64,000 bases of DNA from Spartobacteria bacterium. GTDB taxonomy: Bacteria; Verrucomicrobiota; Kiritimatiellia; RZYC01. The position numbers and the translations under genes are program-made. The DNA is taken from NCBI GenBank assembly GCA_009930475.1, contig RZYC01000001.1, positions 17,062 to 81,061 on the forward strand, in the 5' to 3' direction. Under the pieces are notes generated by a model that was not told the origin of the DNA, searched no databases, and saw only the letters and a program-made list of their open reading frames with translations. This document shows positions 8,779-18,152 of the stretch, piece after piece (position 1 is the first letter of the stretch; the number at the start of each line of letters is the position of its first letter).

Positions 8779-9513
8779 ATGCTGAACATCTACGATATAC
8801 ACAAGAACTTTGGGAAAATTCAGGCCGTTAACGGACTGTCATTTCATGTGGGCCGAGGTGAGATTCTGGGATTTCTTGGACCAAACGGTGCGGGAAAATC
8901 CACGACCATGCGGATGATTACAGGCTTTCTGAGGCCGAGTTCAGGAAGTGCCGCCATCGCCGGCTATGACATTCAGACCGATTCGTTGAAGGCAAAAAAA
9001 CATCTGGGTTATCTTCCTGAAAATGCACCGGTGTATGGCGATATGACGGTTCTCGCGTTCTTGCGTTTTGTGGCGTCCGTCCGAGGATATCGCGGGCAGC
9101 GTTTGCGTCAATGCCTTGACCGCACGCTGGAACACTGTTCCCTGACATCGGTCATTCATCGCCCCATCCACACCCTTTCCAGGGGATTCCGTCAGCGGGT
9201 CTGTTTTGCACAGAGCATCCTGCACGAACCGGATGTTCTGATCATGGACGAACCAACGGACGGGCTGGATCCCAACCAAAAATTTCTGGTGCGCAAAATG
9301 ATACGGGAGATGGCCAAAGAGAAAGCCATCGTCATTTCTACGCATATTCTTGAAGAGGTGGATGCTGTTTGCAGCCGGTGCATTATTATCAATAATGGAC
9401 AGATGGTTGCCGAAGGCACACCCGAAACACTGCGTCTTCAAAGCCCGGCCGGGCGGTTGGACGACGTTTTCAGACAATTAACGATTCCGAAAAGCGAGGT
9501 CATGGCAACATGA
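8779..9513 (+). CDS. gldA: ABC-2 type transporter ATP-binding protein (GldA-like)
   Basis: It has the Walker A motif GPNGAGKST, a signature region, the Walker B motif LIMDEPTDGLD and an H-loop (244 aa). It is followed by ABC-2 permease, GldG-like and DUF4340-like genes. Confidence 0.7.
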   Translation: MLNIYDIHKNFGKIQAVNGLSFHVGRGEILGFLGPNGAGKSTTMRMITGFLRPSSGSAAIAGYDIQTDSLKAKKHLGYLPENAPVYGDMTVLAFLRFVASVRGYRGQRLRQCLDRTLEHCSLTSVIHRPIHTLSRGFRQRVCFAQSILHEPDVLIMDEPTDGLDPNQKFLVRKMIREMAKEKAIVISTHILEEVDAVCSRCIIINNGQMVAEGTPETLRLQSPAGRLDDVFRQLTIPKSEVMAT

Positions 9514-9785
9514 ACGACGGCGAAGAAATTTCAAAAAAAGTACAGGTGGGGTGTCCGGAGGGTATCCATATGCGCATTGCCGCAGAACTGCTCATAGCGG
9601 CGAGGGGATTCAATGCCGTATGGCACATAGAAAAAGACGGGATGACCGCATCGGGGCAGAGCCTGCTGCAAGTACTGGCACTGGGCGCATGCCTGGGATC
9701 CCAGTTAACACTGTGGGCATCGGGTCCGCAGGCGGCCTCACTCATCGAAAAACTGTCACAAATCATTCAGCAGGGCATCGGGTAG
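9510..9785 (+). CDS. HPr-family phosphocarrier protein (HPr/NPr-like)
   Basis: The 91-aa product aligns along its whole length with E. coli HPr. The active-site His context GIHMRIAAELL matches GLHTRPAA, and the Ser46 context MTASGQSLLQVLALG matches KSASAKSLFKLQTLG. Its start overlaps the gldA stop (ATGA). Confidence 0.7.
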   Translation: MNDGEEISKKVQVGCPEGIHMRIAAELLIAARGFNAVWHIEKDGMTASGQSLLQVLALGACLGSQLTLWASGPQAASLIEKLSQIIQQGIG

Positions 9786-9825
9786 CGAATACAACGCACC
9801 CTGACGACGGCAAACAGGAAGCAAT

Positions 9826-10560
9826 ATGAGCAGAACGGGATCGCTTTTTCGTCGGGAATTCAAGGCCTTTTTCGAAACGCCGGTCGCGTATGTTTTCCTT
9901 GTCGTATTTCTGGTTATGACCGGTTTTTTGACCTTCTTTGTGAGTCATTATTATGAGGCTGGGCAGGCTGATTTAAGCGGTTTTTTCATATGGATCCCCT
10001 GGGTTTACCTCGTTCTTGTGCCAGCGGTCACGATGCGGTTATGGAGCGAAGAGCGCCGGACGGGAACCATCGAGCTGCTGCTGACGCTGCCCATAACCAC
10101 GACGCAGGCTGTGGCTGCCAAATTTTTGGCCGGCTGGGCGTTTATGATCTTGGCACAGCTGCTGACTTTACCACTGGTCGCGACCACGATGTGGCTGGGA
10201 GATCCCGATCCGGGGCCGATTATTGGCGGGTATCTGGGATGCATTATGCTGTCCGGGGCCATGGTGTCCGTGGGATGCGTTATGTCGGCCACCACGCGTA
10301 ATCAAGTCATCAGTTTTATTTTGTCAGCACTGGTTTCTCTGTTTCTGATACTGGCGGGGTGGCCGCCGGTAACAGACATGCTGGCGGCATGGGATCCGGG
10401 GTGGGTCATTCCTTTTGTGGCGAAATGCAGCGTGATGCCGCATTACGAAACCATGCAGCGGGGCGTGCTCGATTTACGCGACGGGGTATATTTTATCAGC
10501 ATCATACTGTTCATGCTCGCGGCGGCGGTCACCGTTATAAACGAACGAAAAACGGTTTAG
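9826..10560 (+). CDS. gldF: ABC-2 family transporter permease (GldF-like)
   Basis: It is 244 aa with 6 predicted TM helices, begins MSRTGSLFRREFKAFFETPVAYVF…, and the motif EERRTGTIELLLTLP is typical of ABC-2 permeases. Confidence 0.65.
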   Translation: MSRTGSLFRREFKAFFETPVAYVFLVVFLVMTGFLTFFVSHYYEAGQADLSGFFIWIPWVYLVLVPAVTMRLWSEERRTGTIELLLTLPITTTQAVAAKFLAGWAFMILAQLLTLPLVATTMWLGDPDPGPIIGGYLGCIMLSGAMVSVGCVMSATTRNQVISFILSALVSLFLILAGWPPVTDMLAAWDPGWVIPFVAKCSVMPHYETMQRGVLDLRDGVYFISIILFMLAAAVTVINERKTV

Positions 10561-10571
10561 CGGAACATGAC

Positions 10572-12407
10572 ATGAGACACAACGGCGCTCTGAACTGTTT
10601 CTTAAAAAGTTACCGGCTGCTTGGTCTGGCGGCCTTAGCCGTGGCCCTTGCTGCGATCAATATACTCATCAGTCCGTGGGTGATTCGTCAGGACATAACC
10701 GAAAACAAATTATACACGCTTTCTCAGGGAACCATTGATTTGGTGGCCTCGCTGGAGCATCCTGTGACGGTCAAACTGTATTTCAACAGCAGTGATCCGC
10801 AGATTCCCGTCATGCTGAAGCAATATGCACAACAGGTTCGCGAAGTCCTGAACGAATATGTTGTGCTTTCCCATGGAGACATCATTTTGGAAGTCTATGA
10901 TCCGGAACCTGATACCCGTGCGGAAGACTGGGCGCTGCGCTATGGGCTGCGTGGGCAGATGCTTTCACCCGCAGGGCCGGTATTGTATTTCGGACTGGTG
11001 ATGACCTGCGGGGACAAAGACGCGCTGATTCCCATGCTGGATCCCCGGGGAGCCTCCATGCTCGAGTATCGTATTGACCAGCTGCTGGTCAAGGTGACCG
11101 AAGAACGCAGGCCGGTGGTCGGCGTCATGTCGGAACTGCCCGTGCTGGGTCATCCTGTGGCGGACGTAATGGGGGCGACAGGAATCGACCGGGGATGGGC
11201 CCCATTTGTGGAATTACGGGACAATTTTGATTTACGATCGGTGAGCAGTGCGGCGACACATATCGATGACCATCTGTCGTCATTGATCATGGTCAACCCG
11301 CGACAGCTCAGTGACGATACGCTTCGCGCCATAGATACCTATGTAGGGCAGGGGGGGCATCTTATCGTATTTGTCGATCCGCTCAGTTATGCCGGCGGTG
11401 AAGCCGAAGAAATCCCTCGTGCAATGGACAGACATTGCAGTATGACGCAGCTGTTTGAAAAATGGGGTATCAGCTACAATCCACAGAAGGTTGTGGCCGA
11501 TCTACAGGCTGCATCGCCCATCAAAGGTCCGCGCGGACAATTGCTGGAGAACCCCGTCTGGTTGTCGTTATATCGGGGCGGCGTGCAGCCGGATCATATC
11601 ATCACATCGCAACTCGCAACCCTGCTTTTTCCGGCGGCGGGCGCGTTTACCTATGTTGTAACGGGCGACCTCACCGCGGTTCCGCTGCTGCATACATCCA
11701 AGTCATCCTACACCGTAGATGCACGCACAGCCAAAACACAGAATATGACCCGCCTGCGTGCACTGTACAAGGAAAGCGATACAGAAGAGCACGTGATTGC
11801 CCTGTTATTGCGCGGACGGTTTCCATCGGCTTTTGACTCAGAAAATCATGCGCTCGGAAAGACGGCGGCCGTCCTGCTCGTGGGCGACAGCGACCTGCTG
11901 TATAATCCTTTCTGTACCAAGCCTTCCAGCCGGTACGGTACATCCGTGGATCAACCCATCAACGACAATATCGCCTTCGTCCTCAATGCGGTGGAAAACA
12001 TGGCCGGCAGTGATTACCTTCTTAATATCCGGTCACGTGGAAATAACGTATATCCCTTCACCATTGTCCAGCAAATGCTGCGCGAAGTTCAGGTTCGCTA
12101 CATTGCACAGGAACAGGCGCTTGAGCAGCAATTGGCGGCCACCCGCGCCCAGCTGAAAGCCATCGAACAACAAAATGAGCAGGCACCGCAGCTGGTGTTA
12201 ACGGAAACCCAGCGAAATGCGTTGGAAACCTCCCGTAAACAGGAATATCAGATCAAACAGCAGCTGCGCACCCTGCGGCGGGAACTGACCGGCGACATCG
12301 AACGGCTGGGCATGTTGATCAAGGCCGTCAATATGCTGCTCATGCCCCTGCTGGTATGCCTGTTCGGCATCGGCTTCTGGCTGATTCGTCGTGTGCGGGC
12401 CTCATGA
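10572..12407 (+). CDS. gldG: GldG-like ABC-transporter-associated protein
   Basis: It has an N-terminal TM helix, a large extracytoplasmic domain, and a C-terminal coiled coil followed by a TM helix (…IKAVNMLLMPLLVCLFGIGFWLIRR). The start was chosen at an ATG (MRHNGALN…) downstream of the gldF stop; the ORF-track extension to 10359 overlaps gldF. Confidence 0.6.
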   Translation: MRHNGALNCFLKSYRLLGLAALAVALAAINILISPWVIRQDITENKLYTLSQGTIDLVASLEHPVTVKLYFNSSDPQIPVMLKQYAQQVREVLNEYVVLSHGDIILEVYDPEPDTRAEDWALRYGLRGQMLSPAGPVLYFGLVMTCGDKDALIPMLDPRGASMLEYRIDQLLVKVTEERRPVVGVMSELPVLGHPVADVMGATGIDRGWAPFVELRDNFDLRSVSSAATHIDDHLSSLIMVNPRQLSDDTLRAIDTYVGQGGHLIVFVDPLSYAGGEAEEIPRAMDRHCSMTQLFEKWGISYNPQKVVADLQAASPIKGPRGQLLENPVWLSLYRGGVQPDHIITSQLATLLFPAAGAFTYVVTGDLTAVPLLHTSKSSYTVDARTAKTQNMTRLRALYKESDTEEHVIALLLRGRFPSAFDSENHALGKTAAVLLVGDSDLLYNPFCTKPSSRYGTSVDQPINDNIAFVLNAVENMAGSDYLLNIRSRGNNVYPFTIVQQMLREVQVRYIAQEQALEQQLAATRAQLKAIEQQNEQAPQLVLTETQRNALETSRKQEYQIKQQLRTLRRELTGDIERLGMLIKAVNMLLMPLLVCLFGIGFWLIRRVRAS

Positions 12408-13468
12408 AACAGCTGCTGCTGATCATTGTTGCGGCAGGGCTGGCCTTGCTGGCGTATCGCGCGATAGAACTGGAAAAAAACGATATCCCTCCGGAAACGC
12501 AGACGGAAGAGCTCTTGCTGCCCCAGCTGACTAAACCGGGATTAGCCGATGCGATTCATCGCATGGAGTTCTATTTCAGTCATAGCACAACGATTGTTGC
12601 CCGTGTAGACGGCACATGGAGTCTTTTGGATCATGGCCGCTATCCCGTTCGAAAAGAGCTTGTTACTACGTTGTTCCGCACCCTGAGCACCCTGCGTGTC
12701 GGTCAGGTGGTGCATGTCCGGCCGGATCAATATGCCGACCTGCATCTGGTGGCGTCCACCAACGATCTTGACTCAGATTTTGTACAGCTTCGTCTGCTGG
12801 GCCGGGACTGGGAGGCCGTCATCGACCTCATCATTGGTTCTTCTCGCGAAGCAGCGGCTCAGGAATCAAAAGCATATCATGTACGTATGGGCGACCAGGT
12901 TTTTCTCGTAAGCGGGGCCTTGCCCGAACTGCAAAGCGACCCGATGGCCTGGGTGGATAATACCCTTGTGGACGTTGACCCCGAAAGCATTACTCGTATC
13001 CGCATCGTCCAGAGCGAACAGACGACCGTTCTGACTCGCCGCATGGACAAACAGGGATGGTATGTGGCCGGGATGGCTCCGGCACTGGATCCCGATCCTG
13101 AAAAAATCGATAAACTGAAAACCATACTTAAAAAGCTCTCTTTTCTGGATGTTCACAAGGTCGACCGGCGAGCCTTTTCCGGATCGCAGACAGAGGAGTA
13201 TACTTTTTGGACGGAAGACGGGTTGACGTACACGTTGTCCGTCGCATCCGACCACGTCATCGCATCCGGCAATCTGCGCATCATGCTTGATGTACAGGCA
13301 TCGCCCGAAGACGGGGTCATCTGCTCTGAGCTCACACTGCAAAAGGCCGAAGTGCTTCGGACGCAATGGCAGGATCGGGTCTTTCTCATTCCCGGCTACC
13401 GTACCTGCCATCAGGGAATCAAACCCGATGATTTTGGCATACCACGGAAACGCGGCGCACCGAATTAA
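12404..13468 (+). CDS. DUF4340-like protein (fourth gene of the gldAFG-type module)
   Basis: MKQLLLIIVAAGLALLAY… has a signal/anchor sequence, and the ATG overlaps the gldG stop. The position and size are typical of the DUF4340 partner. The family assignment rests on context. Confidence 0.4.
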   Translation: MKQLLLIIVAAGLALLAYRAIELEKNDIPPETQTEELLLPQLTKPGLADAIHRMEFYFSHSTTIVARVDGTWSLLDHGRYPVRKELVTTLFRTLSTLRVGQVVHVRPDQYADLHLVASTNDLDSDFVQLRLLGRDWEAVIDLIIGSSREAAAQESKAYHVRMGDQVFLVSGALPELQSDPMAWVDNTLVDVDPESITRIRIVQSEQTTVLTRRMDKQGWYVAGMAPALDPDPEKIDKLKTILKKLSFLDVHKVDRRAFSGSQTEEYTFWTEDGLTYTLSVASDHVIASGNLRIMLDVQASPEDGVICSELTLQKAEVLRTQWQDRVFLIPGYRTCHQGIKPDDFGIPRKRGAPN

Positions 13469-13486
13469 AAAAAGGGGCGGCGTCCG

Positions 13487-15664
13487 TCAGGATGAAATGG
13501 TGCGGCGAATCATTTGTTCCAGCTGACGAATATCTCTGATGTCGCGAATTCTTGGCGGAACGAAAAGGAGCGGTATTCTATTCTCTGCCCGCCAGAGGTT
13601 GAGCCGCTGTTGAAAAAGCAGCCCCCAACCGGGCAAACGATTTTCTGTCGCCACAATCAGGGTGTCCTCCGGCAGGTAATGCAGCGGGGCTCCATGATAA
13701 AGCTGGGTGGCCAGTAATTCCAGCCAATGGCACACCACCAGCAGTGATGTCTGCGGCTGGAGCTGCATCATCACCGCAGCATGAATCCAGTTTACCGGTT
13801 CGAGGATGATCAGGCCGTGTCGCGCTGAATCCCATTGGTTTTCGGCCAAAAAAGCACGGATATCGCGTTCGGCACAGGCTGGCGCATCCCATGGATGATC
13901 GGTCAGGGCCACGGAGCGGTCTTTCTGCAGGATTTCCACATAGGGAAAGACCTGCGCCTCCCATCGTAATCGCATGGATCGGGGTTGGTTTTCCGGGGAA
14001 ATAGATTCCAGAATACCGGCCAGATCGCTGTTATTTTGTGCGATACGCCGACATCCGGCATGGTAAAACGCACTGAAGATATACGGGGAGTATTCCGAAT
14101 GGGCAGAACGATCCGGACTGGGCGATACTTTTGTAAGAGCTCGGTCCACATCTTTTTTTACGTCTTCGCACAACGTATGAACGAACGAATAAAACTGGTT
14201 CAAATGCCGTTTTATCCCGACAGGCTGCATATCCTTCCATTCTGGTAACGGGGCATACAGCTGTTCGGCCGCCTGGCGGATAAATGTAAAAAGTGGATGA
14301 TTGGGAGACTTAATAAACAAATCCCGTTCTGCCCGGAGATAGGCTCGCACGCTTTCTTCCGAATCCTTATCCAGCGGAGCATCAGCCACATCGGTTAGAT
14401 CAGCAAGGCATCCTGCAATGCGTTCGTACTGGCGCAGATTCACCAGCATCTGATGGAGTGCGCTGTTGTCGTAGGCCTCCGTATAGGTTGTGGTGAACAG
14501 GGCGTGTTTCAGCGAGGTATCGAAGGAATGCGAGCGCAGCGGTTTGTATTCCGTGTGAGCAATGAGGGCGCCGCGATCCGAGGCGTTATAAAAAACAGGC
14601 CGTTGTTCTGCAGGCAGCACCGACGGGATGAAATCCATGTATTGATTCAGTGCATTCCACAGATCTACCAGATTATGTGTGGCATAAACCGCACTTCCAT
14701 TGTAGCCCGGCAACTTGCTCAGGCCATGTTGTTCCGCATCATCAGGACGCTGTCCGCCGGGGTATAGTGCTCCTGTTTCGGCCAGGGAACAATCTTGTCC
14801 TATCATAAAAATGGTGGAACAGCCCAGACGCACTGCGGTATCCAATGCGTGAATACTGACGGTTCGGCCGATGGTCATGGGCAGCAGTGGAATACGCAGG
14901 GTGTTGAGCATCTCATTGATGGGCATAAATGAGGAGGCACTCCATAAAATGTGACGAAAACGTGCCGGCACCGAAGAATCGACATCCGGAACGGTCACCA
15001 GTAAACTATCGGGCAGGCGAAGATCCTGCTGCCAATGCCGTCCGGCCCGGTTGTCGTTTTCTACAACAATATCCGGCGTGATATCAGCCGCCATGAGGGT
15101 TGGAACAGCATGTCCCACAGCAATGATCACGGCCTGACTGGAACGATGAATATGGCGAATATCCGGCAGTGCTTCTTTAAGGGAGGGGCCGGCCGCGCAG
15201 ACAATAGCACAGAGATGGTCGCGGGGAACCAGCCGGGTGCTGCGATTGGTGAACATCAATGGTAAATTTTGCAGGGCACAGCGCAGTCGCGTCATGCTTT
15301 TTACCGCATTTCCGGAACGGGCGGACAGGGCCTGTTTGATGGTCTGCTGCATCAGGGGCAGCAGGGTTTTAACCTGTTCTGACAAGACATGAGGAGTAAT
15401 CAGACGCAGATCTTTGTATCGCTGGTAATCCCCGATGGCCGCGACCAACTGATTGCGCCACTGCTGCATGGGATCAACCGTGATCCAGCGCGTATTTTGC
15501 GGTAAATTCCGGGGAACCGTTACATCTGTCGCCATGCACAAATAGATGACAGGAATCTGCGTCGGCAGTTGTTTACGAAGTTCAGCCAGATCCGCGAAGC
15601 CTTGTTCGCCCACACTGATAATTAATTCATTTTCACCGATCGACTGCGAATCCTGTCCTGTCAT
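13487..15664 (-). CDS. Motility-accessory-factor-like (Maf / DUF115, MptE-like fold) protein
   Basis: The 725-aa product contains a DUF115-like core: AIVCAAGPSLKE…AVIIAVGHAVPTLMAADITPDIVVENDNRA…HALDTAVRLGCSTIFMIGQDCSLAE. An AAGGAA RBS precedes the start. Confidence 0.45.
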   Translation of the reverse strand: MTGQDSQSIGENELIISVGEQGFADLAELRKQLPTQIPVIYLCMATDVTVPRNLPQNTRWITVDPMQQWRNQLVAAIGDYQRYKDLRLITPHVLSEQVKTLLPLMQQTIKQALSARSGNAVKSMTRLRCALQNLPLMFTNRSTRLVPRDHLCAIVCAAGPSLKEALPDIRHIHRSSQAVIIAVGHAVPTLMAADITPDIVVENDNRAGRHWQQDLRLPDSLLVTVPDVDSSVPARFRHILWSASSFMPINEMLNTLRIPLLPMTIGRTVSIHALDTAVRLGCSTIFMIGQDCSLAETGALYPGGQRPDDAEQHGLSKLPGYNGSAVYATHNLVDLWNALNQYMDFIPSVLPAEQRPVFYNASDRGALIAHTEYKPLRSHSFDTSLKHALFTTTYTEAYDNSALHQMLVNLRQYERIAGCLADLTDVADAPLDKDSEESVRAYLRAERDLFIKSPNHPLFTFIRQAAEQLYAPLPEWKDMQPVGIKRHLNQFYSFVHTLCEDVKKDVDRALTKVSPSPDRSAHSEYSPYIFSAFYHAGCRRIAQNNSDLAGILESISPENQPRSMRLRWEAQVFPYVEILQKDRSVALTDHPWDAPACAERDIRAFLAENQWDSARHGLIILEPVNWIHAAVMMQLQPQTSLLVVCHWLELLATQLYHGAPLHYLPEDTLIVATENRLPGWGLLFQQRLNLWRAENRIPLLFVPPRIRDIRDIRQLEQMIRRTISS

Positions 15665-15687
15665 AATATTCCTTCTTCGACAAATGG

Positions 15688-16809
15688 CTAAAGTAACTCT
15701 GCGATCACCGCATTGCTTATGAAATAGGCTTCGGGGGCGAGCCTGATCCCGTCCGGATTAGCAGTTATCATGCCGAGCGCGATCATTTGTGATAAACCTT
15801 CCCCGCATAACGTCTTCAGTGAAATCCCTGTTTTTTCACGAAACACGTCATAGGAAAGTCCCTCCATCAAACGCAATCCGAGCATGAGTGTATCTCTTGC
15901 AAATTGCTCTGGCGTATCGATTTCCTCATCAATACGCGGCGATGAACCGTTTTGTACACAGGCTGACCAGCGGGGCAGATCACGCATATTTCCCCAGCGG
16001 TGTCCCTTCCAGTGCGAACAGGCCGCCGGTCCGCATCCAAGCCATTGTCCATTCTGCCAATAGGTCACATTGTGCCGGCAGGCACGATCCGGGAGGCTGA
16101 AATTCGACAGTTCATAGTGTTCATACCCGTTATCACCGAGTTCCTGTCGCAGCATATCATATTGATCCCGCGTGATATCATCGTCAGGCCGGGCACAATG
16201 TCCCGTGTTTATAGACCGTTCCAAAGGCGTTCCCTGCTCAACACTCAACGCATAGGTTGCCACATGGGCGGGCTGCAGCTTCAGCATCGCTGTTACATCC
16301 GAGCGGCACTCCTCCAGCGACTCCCCAGGCAGTCCATACATCAAATCTAAATTAAAATTATCCAGACCGCAGGTCGTAAATACATCAATGGTCTCCAAGG
16401 TGTCACGCACCGTATGAATACGGCCTAGTGCCTGTAATACGCCGTCGCGCATAGATTGGGCTCCGATAGAAACACGATTAATCCCCGCCTGCACCATCAA
16501 CGCTGCCTTGTTCGCTGTCATCGTGCCGGGATTGACTTCACAGCTCCATTCCGTCACGGCATCCGGTTCAATGGTGTCCCTGATCATCGACAGCAACTCT
16601 TCCAGGTGCTCCACGGAAAGCGAAGACGGGGTTCCGCCACCCAGAAAAACCGTTTGAACCGTCAGCGGTGCCCATGAATCCAGTTCGCAGCGCAAGGCGC
16701 GTAAATAATCCGTGATAATTCGATCATTCTGCGCAGGACAGGAATAAAAATCACAATAAGCGCATTTCTTTACACAAAAAGGGACATGGATATATAACGA
16801 TGCAGTCAT
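15688..16809 (-). CDS. hemW: Radical SAM heme chaperone HemW (HemN-like, oxygen-independent coproporphyrinogen-III oxidase family)
   Basis: It begins MTASLYIHVPFCVKKCAYCDFYS with a CxxxCxxC radical-SAM cluster motif, and contains the GGGTPS motif and a HemN C-terminal domain. Confidence 0.85.
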   Translation of the reverse strand: MTASLYIHVPFCVKKCAYCDFYSCPAQNDRIITDYLRALRCELDSWAPLTVQTVFLGGGTPSSLSVEHLEELLSMIRDTIEPDAVTEWSCEVNPGTMTANKAALMVQAGINRVSIGAQSMRDGVLQALGRIHTVRDTLETIDVFTTCGLDNFNLDLMYGLPGESLEECRSDVTAMLKLQPAHVATYALSVEQGTPLERSINTGHCARPDDDITRDQYDMLRQELGDNGYEHYELSNFSLPDRACRHNVTYWQNGQWLGCGPAACSHWKGHRWGNMRDLPRWSACVQNGSSPRIDEEIDTPEQFARDTLMLGLRLMEGLSYDVFREKTGISLKTLCGEGLSQMIALGMITANPDGIRLAPEAYFISNAVIAELL

Positions 16810-16909
16810 GCGGTGAGTAAGCGTGCAAGAAGCGTTGCTGTCAATCTATTCCTTCTTGCACGCCTGTGTACAGCTCTGTACATTAGCGGAAACCTGGGAG
16901 ATTTTGATT

Positions 16910-17647
16910 ATGGACATGTTGGCACTGGAACATATTCGGGCGGTGTTGAGCCGTTTGGAAGAAACGATTATCTTTGGGCTGATTGAGCGGGCGCAGTTCG
17001 CTCAGAATAAAGTCATCTATCAACCCGACGGCGTCGGCCCGCTCCAGGGGAAAAGCCTTTTCGGCTTCATGCTGTACGAAACAGAATGCACCCACGCCAA
17101 AGTGCGACGCTATACCAGCCCGGACGAACATCCTTTCAACAGCAATCTGCCGGAGCCCATGTTAACCCGGCTGACCTTTTCAGACAGTCCGCTGTATCCC
17201 AATGATATTAATATCAATGACGAAATTCTGCCGATATATCAGGACAGGATCATACCCCGAATCTGTGATCAGGGCGATGACGGACAATACGGCTCCAGCT
17301 CTGTCAACGACGTACAATTGATTCAGTCCATATCCAAACGTATTCACTACGGGAAATTCGTGGCCGAAAGCAAATATCGCGCCGACCCCGCGCCTTTTGA
17401 TGCCTTTATTGCCGCTCGCGATGCCGATGCGATCATGTGCCACATCACCTTTGCCGCCGTTGAAAAAGCCGTCCTGGATCGCGTCTATATGAAGGCCTGC
17501 ACCTACAGCAAAGAGCTCAACGAAACCCGTATCAATTATAAAGTTGATCCCGAGGCTGTCCGCGATATTTACGCCAAATGGATTATTCCCATGAACAAGC
17601 AGGTTCAGATTCGCTACCTATTGGGGAAACAATGCGTATCGCAATGA
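16910..17647 (+). CDS. Chorismate mutase, AroQ class, eukaryotic (Aro7-like) type
   Basis: Motifs match yeast Aro7 across the protein: LALEHIRAVLSRLEETIIFGLIERAQFA, RRYTSPDEHPF, KRIHYGKFVAESKY and VQIRYLLGK, at about 246 aa. The ATG at 16910 was chosen; the ORF track starts upstream at 16823. Confidence 0.7.
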   Translation: MDMLALEHIRAVLSRLEETIIFGLIERAQFAQNKVIYQPDGVGPLQGKSLFGFMLYETECTHAKVRRYTSPDEHPFNSNLPEPMLTRLTFSDSPLYPNDININDEILPIYQDRIIPRICDQGDDGQYGSSSVNDVQLIQSISKRIHYGKFVAESKYRADPAPFDAFIAARDADAIMCHITFAAVEKAVLDRVYMKACTYSKELNETRINYKVDPEAVRDIYAKWIIPMNKQVQIRYLLGKQCVSQ

Positions 17648-17715
17648 TCCCCTAATTTAATAAATTATTATCCAGATGGTAACGTAACGAAGGGAGTTTG
17701 TTGCTCCGGTTGTCT

Positions 17716-18117
17716 TCAAAATGCGCAGCTCAACAAGCGTTTGCAATTCGCGCTGAAGTGTTCTCCGCGAAATATCGGAACAGATCGATTGGTAAAAAGG
17801 CGTTTGAAATCATATCCCGCACAGTACAGGCACAACGTGGAAAGCAAACGGGAAACCCGTCTATTGCCATCCCGAAACGGATGAATATGAACCAGCTCAA
17901 ACTGGGCAATGCCGCTTTTCAGTACGGGATACACATCATCTTTTTTATTCAGTCATAGTATCAGTTCCTGCAGCAGTTCCGGAACCTTTTCCGGTGCCGG
18001 AGGCGTATAAATCACCTTGCCTGTGGACTGGTTGACCACATAGTTCTGTTTGTGACGATACTCGCCGGGTGATGCACCCCCGCCAGCAACCGCTCGGATT
18101 GTTCCAGCGTCAGTTGT
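17716..18117 (-). pseudogene. Fic/Doc-family (AMPylase-like) pseudogene remnant
   Basis: The minus-strand translation contains the Fic motif [14 protein letters not shown] (G-to-R within the HPFx[D/E]GNGR consensus). Upstream pieces sit in two other frames (…GEYRHKQNYVVNQSTGKVIYTPPAPEKVPELLQELIL* and LTLEQSERLLAG…), so the gene is frameshifted and N-terminally truncated. Confidence 0.6.
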
Positions 18118-18120
18118 GTG

Positions 18121-18152
18121 CCTTCAATGATTGGAACTTTCGATGGTTGGTT
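18121..18152. repeat. Truncated REP-like remnant
   Basis: CCTTCAATGATTGGAACTTTCGATGGTTGG contains one near-complete REP core plus half of a second. It lies between the Fic remnant and the hppA stop. Confidence 0.45.

Noticed and set aside
10359-10571. N-terminal extension of the gldG-like ORF back to 10359
   Set aside because: The extension overlaps the last 200 nt of the gldF-like gene in another frame and translates to a G/R/H-rich peptide. The ATG at 10572 follows the gldF stop and begins a typical signal/anchor sequence.
17698-17958. 86-aa plus-strand ORF
   Set aside because: It overlaps the Fic-motif-containing minus-strand remnant. No RBS or homology was found, so it is likely spurious.
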